NCBI GenBank assembly: GCA_951406725.2
Contig: OX597817.1
Location: 165,788,001 to 165,852,000, forward strand
DNA length: 64,000 nt
Direction of reading: 5' to 3'
Source: Octopus vulgaris
Lineage: Eukaryota
Each line of letters starts with the position of its first letter. Position 1 is the first letter of the stretch. Positions 58,803 to 64,000 of this stretch are shown here, piece by piece. The notes under the pieces were generated by a model, which saw nothing but the letters and a program-made list of their open reading frames with translations, did no database searches and was not told where the DNA came from. The translations under genes and the position numbers were made by a program.

Positions 58803-61284
58803 ACTCTAGACCGACTTTTGTTGTTTAAGCCTCATCAACCTCACTGGGCGAAACTATGATCAAAAGCGTTCCATCTGCGACCACCAGTTATTTTTCTGTC
58901 ATTGTGTTCAGAAATTATCACCTAATATATTTTATTTCCAAGGTAGTAGAATGTAATTTCAAGTGACAATAATGTAACTTTAAGACAATAGAATGTAATT
59001 TTTAAGTCAGTAAGATATTTTTTGCAGATGGCATTACTGTTCGGATACGTGACAATACTGTGTTATAACGCGTGCTCACTCGCTGCACTTGTGTTGCTAC
59101 ACATGTTGTACAAAACGGTAGCATCCAATACGAATCTGTATACTTTGATATGAATTCCAAATCTATGAATTCTAAATCTATAGCTGTTCCTCCAGCGAGA
59201 AATATTGATATACAGAAGAGATATTGATATACAGTTGTTTGTACCTACTAATAGGCATGATGAAATTAGTTACGCATGAAATTAGTTTTGTACAATATAA
59301 TTCGCTGGCAACTAATGAATGTATCAGCAGGAAACCTTATCACAACAGGATATGTCCTATACCTGTGTCAGCAATTAGCGTGTCGAGAAATTTGTCGTTG
59401 TGCAGAAAACTAATGATTACGCAATGACATGTAATGACACAAAATGATGACACAAAATGACAAAGCAATCTGCTTTTCTTTGGATATATAAATCTCGTTT
59501 GTTATGTGTACGTTGCACTCTATACAAGCTCTCGTACTATTAACATTTAGACAACTTTTTTTTTTATTTGGGTTGTCGTGAGTGATGTCTAGAAAAATTT
59601 AACAAAATTTGTGTGAAAGGTATATATAGAAATAGAGAATTATATATACAGTGGTGTCAGCGCTACTGATGACAGAAAATAAAACAAGAAATACTACAGT
59701 GTGTTCGACAATGTGTCAAGCGCCAGCTGTGTCACAGTTTATTTTGTCTAGGTAGAATGAAACTACAACAACAGTTCTACCGCTCGCAAAGATGATGACA
59801 TAGATGTATTTTAAGGGGTTGAAAAAGTTGTCAGCGCAGTAGCAGCCGAGTCACCAATTATAACACTATATAAATACCGTTTTTGTTGTGTCATCAATAA
59901 ATTCTAAATGATAACGCATATTACAATGTCAGATCAAGGGCGTTAACAAGAGAGGAATGTGATAACAACTTGTTCCAACGACTAATAGTACACCTGAGCA
60001 CTACAATTTGTCCAGCTAGCAGAATTGTTAGCACATAGGAGGAAATGCTTCTTGCAGTATTTGTTCTGACTCTTGGCATTCTAAGTTCAAATTTGGCTTT
60101 CACCCTCCTCGAGGTGATAATAAAATAAAATACCAATTGAGAATCTCCTCGCAAAATTGTTGGCGTTTGCCTAAATCTGATGTGTTTCAATAAATTAAGA
60201 AACTTTCTTACGGAATTCAAGCAATATTACGTCTAAGATAAAGTAATAAGGGCATACAACTAATGCTCAAGGTTGACTAGAAGCCTAAAACTTCAATATA
60301 AACTGCAACTAAAAGCAGGGTGTTATAGCTGCTTAATGACGATTGGCTATAGGCAGTTTATCAAGTGAGAATGCAAAAGCTTAAAAGGATAAAAATATAA
60401 ACAGGCAAAATAACCAGAATCAGGCAAGATTATGACATATGTGTAAGCATGATGTTAAGCGAAACAGCTGTAAGGAACTTTCTGTACCCCTAACTTACTT
60501 ACTTCCTCCATTTGATTGATATATTCTTATGCAACATCGTGCAAAATCTAATGTAATGGTAATTGTATGGATTTTTGTTGTATGGTATCGGAATTTGTGA
60601 ATGTCATTCAAAACATGTCACCATAAGAATTATCATTGCCATAATCATCGTCATCATCATCATTGCCATCATCATCATGATCATAACCATCGCCGTCGCC
60701 GTTATCATCATCATCATTATCGACATAATTAATAGTACTTATATCAATATGAATGTTAAGTATCAAGATGTTAACCATGAAAATAAGTCACAAGCACTAC
60801 TAGAAATGATAGTCAAATCTTCCTCAAAATATACTCAGTCACCAGCACGCCGACTTGGAAATACAAATACAAAAAAAAAGAGGAAAACATAGGATAATGT
60901 AATTTTATACGGGACAAAAAGGAAGTATGGGTCACGGTTGGATTTGAATGTCTTTGATCAAACAGGTCTGTTTCATCAAAGTTGACCCCTGGGTTAAACA
61001 ACATCATCAACAACTGAAATATAAACGTTAGAAATGATGAGGGTGATGTAATGATATGAAAAAAATGCCGACAAACGACGCCAAATAACAAAAATAACAA
61101 TAACAAACGAATGATGCTAACAACCATATAAGTGATATAAACGAACAGATGGGATAATCAGCAACAAGAACAACAACTACAATACTAAATAAAATAATAA
61201 TAGAAATAAAAAATAAAACCAGGCTAGATATATCTATTAGATATGTGTGTGTATTATATATTTATAAGATATATATATCTAATA

Positions 61285-61333
<49 letters not shown>

Positions 61334-61551
61334 TATATACATATAATGTACATATATGATACGTAATATATACATATATACACACACACACATATATGTA
61401 TATACATGTATGTTTATATACTTACATATATACATATACAAACATATATATATATATATATATATATATGATTATATATGTACATATACATATAAATACA
61501 TATATGTTTATATACATACATATAAACATAAACAGACATACATATACTTAC

Positions 61552-61594
<43 letters not shown>

Positions 61595-62173
61595 AATATA
61601 TATATATATATATAAATATATACATAAATATATGTATATATGTATATATATATATACATGTATACATACATGTATATACGTACATATATATGCACATATA
61701 TAGACATGCATATACATATCTTTGTGCGTGTATGAATGCATGTATACGTATATGTGTGTGTGTGTGTGTGTGTGTGTATGTATACATTTATTCCTGCCGG
61801 CTTCTAACGGAATCTGAATCAAGAATGTGATGAGATGAAATGACAGCTGTCACAACAACAACAACAACAACTAACAAACAAACACAACCGTAACGGAAAA
61901 ACTTTAAAAAGGAAACAATAGCGGGACCACCAGCACCATCACCACCATCAAAATAGCATTAACAACAATAGTAAAGACAACAAGAACAATAACAAGAATA
62001 TCAAGACGGTCTGGGACATTGGTGATGACACTATTGGGAGATGTTGATGACACCAAGGAAGGTGATCACGTCGAAGACAAGTGTGAAATACGCCGTTATA
62101 TACATAAGCGCATGTCTATAACTGTATTTTCTGTATTCCGTACCCCGCCCACGTGTGTGTGTGTGTGTCTGTG

Positions 62174-62228
<55 letters not shown>

Positions 62229-62231
62229 TTA

Positions 62232-62272
<41 letters not shown>

Positions 62273-62533
62273 TATATAGATCGATAGATAGATTGATAGA
62301 TAGAGATAATTAGATATTTGTGTGTGTGTGTGTGTATGTGCTTACATATATATATATATATGTCTGCATGTGTGCGGATATGACAAAATGCATATTATAT
62401 TTATCTCACTGTCTTTTTGATCCTCTCTCTGACATATGTATGTATATATATATATACACATTTAAATTTAAAAATGAGGGTGAGAAATTTGATATTAATT
62501 TAATTAACATCAATTTCACACCAGTGGTCTAGC

Positions 62534-62567
<34 letters not shown>

Positions 62568-62812
62568 TGTATGTGTGTGTATATATATATATACGTATGT
62601 ATATATATATATATAGTATATATATATATATATACGTATGTATATATATATATATACGTATGTATATATATATATACGTATATATATATATATATACGTA
62701 TTATATATATATATATACGTATGTATATATATATATATACGTATATATATATATATATATATATACGTATGTATATATATATATATATACGTATATATAT
62801 ATATATATATAC

Positions 62813-62898
<86 letters not shown>

Positions 62899-63078
62899 GT
62901 ATTATATATATATATATACGTATGTATATATATATATACGTGTATATATATATATATACATGTATATATATATATATAGTATTGGATATATATATATATA
63001 CGTATGTATATATATATATACGTATGTATATATATATACGTATATATATATATATACGTATGTATATATATATATACG

Positions 63079-63135
<57 letters not shown>

Positions 63136-63136
63136 G

Positions 63137-64000
63137 CAGAGTTTGGACACAAAATAATGGAAACACCTAGCATCATAGCATCATAATTTTGAAATATCTA
63201 TAAAACCGTTAAAAGTTTGTTTATTTTTATGTTTTTTTATTTATTATTAGTTTTGCGTAATATCTTTTGCTAAAATTGCTGGGTTTTTTTTTCAGATATC
63301 ATCAGAGAAAGGTAATTAAAATTCCTTAAAATGACAGATCTATCGGACTTTCAAAAAGGTCAAATTGTTGGTGCTCGTATGGCAGGCGCTAGCGCAACGA
63401 AAACAGCCGAAATGTTTGGTATATTAAGAAGTACTGTTTTCGAAAGTAATGACAGCCTTTGAGAAAGAGGGGAAAACCTCCTCGTCGAAGCAAAACTCCG
63501 GAAGAAAACTATAACTTTCAGATAGGGACCGTCGGTCTCTTGCGCGAATTGTTAGAAAGGATCACAAAGGTACAGCTCCCAAGTTTACTGCAGAGCTTAG
63601 TGACCACCTCGGGAAATCAGTTTCCACAAAAACTGTTTGCCAGGAGCTACACAAAGCCGAATTTCACGGGAGGGCTGCAAACAGAAAACTACTACTTTCA
63701 AAAAAACGTTCAGAGTGGAGCAAAAACCTACAGAATTGGTCCCTAGAGCTGTAGAAGAATGTTATTTTCTCGGACGAGTCATCCTTTACTTTATTTCCGA
63801 CCACCAGCCGAGTATATGTGTGGTGACTGCCAAGGGAAGGGGCTATATCTTGGAAATCCGCCGGCCCAATGGTTTCCCTTCATGGCAGAATTAATAGTTA
63901 AACAATTGTATCTGATCAAATTCATCCTATGGTTGTGGGACTGCTTCCGAAGGGAAACGTAATCTTTCAGGAGGATAATGCACAAATTCACACAACTAAA
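63137..64000 (+). mobile_element. Decayed Tc1-like DNA transposon with transposase pseudogene (from ATG 63331), running off the window end
   Basis: MTDLSDFQKGQIVGARMAGASATKTAEMFG (HTH start), VIFSDESSFTLF (first catalytic D) and FQEDNAQIHT (second D), broken by frameshifts and stops. TIR-like 'cagagtttggacacaaaataatggaaacacc' follows (TA)n. Confidence 0.9.

Noticed and set aside
59030-59920. Possible old DNA-transposon remnant
   Set aside because: No paired TIRs or transposase motifs could be established by eye.

Overview
Eukaryotic, AT-rich, extremely microsatellite-dense DNA ((TA)n, (CA)n, (CATA)n, (GATA)n, (GA)n). The repeat landscape and SINE types point to an octopus-like cephalopod genome (inference). 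The only host coding sequence I can support is the first coding exon of a GATA4/5/6-class transcription factor on the minus strand (ATG 9394, GT donor after 8524). Its zinc-finger exons are not in the window. The rest is intron/upstream DNA containing many tRNA-derived SINEs of several families, a 5'-truncated CR1/L2-type LINE, and decayed Tc1/mariner elements. Nearly all ORFs in the supplied track are microsatellite artefacts. The most striking signal is a set of short non-coding inserts, mostly flanked by (TA)n, that are fold-back palindromes and/or carry minimal type I hammerhead-ribozyme motifs (stem I - CUGANGA - stem II - GAAA - short palindrome - UH - stem I). About 10 such motifs occur in several sequence-unrelated families, and two long palindromes carry one motif in each arm pointing outward. 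This resembles non-autonomous Penelope-like/retrozyme elements. The commonest SINE also shares a 3' tail with the resident LINE, and the stem-loop in that tail covaries. All coordinates were read by eye; repeat boundaries are approximate.
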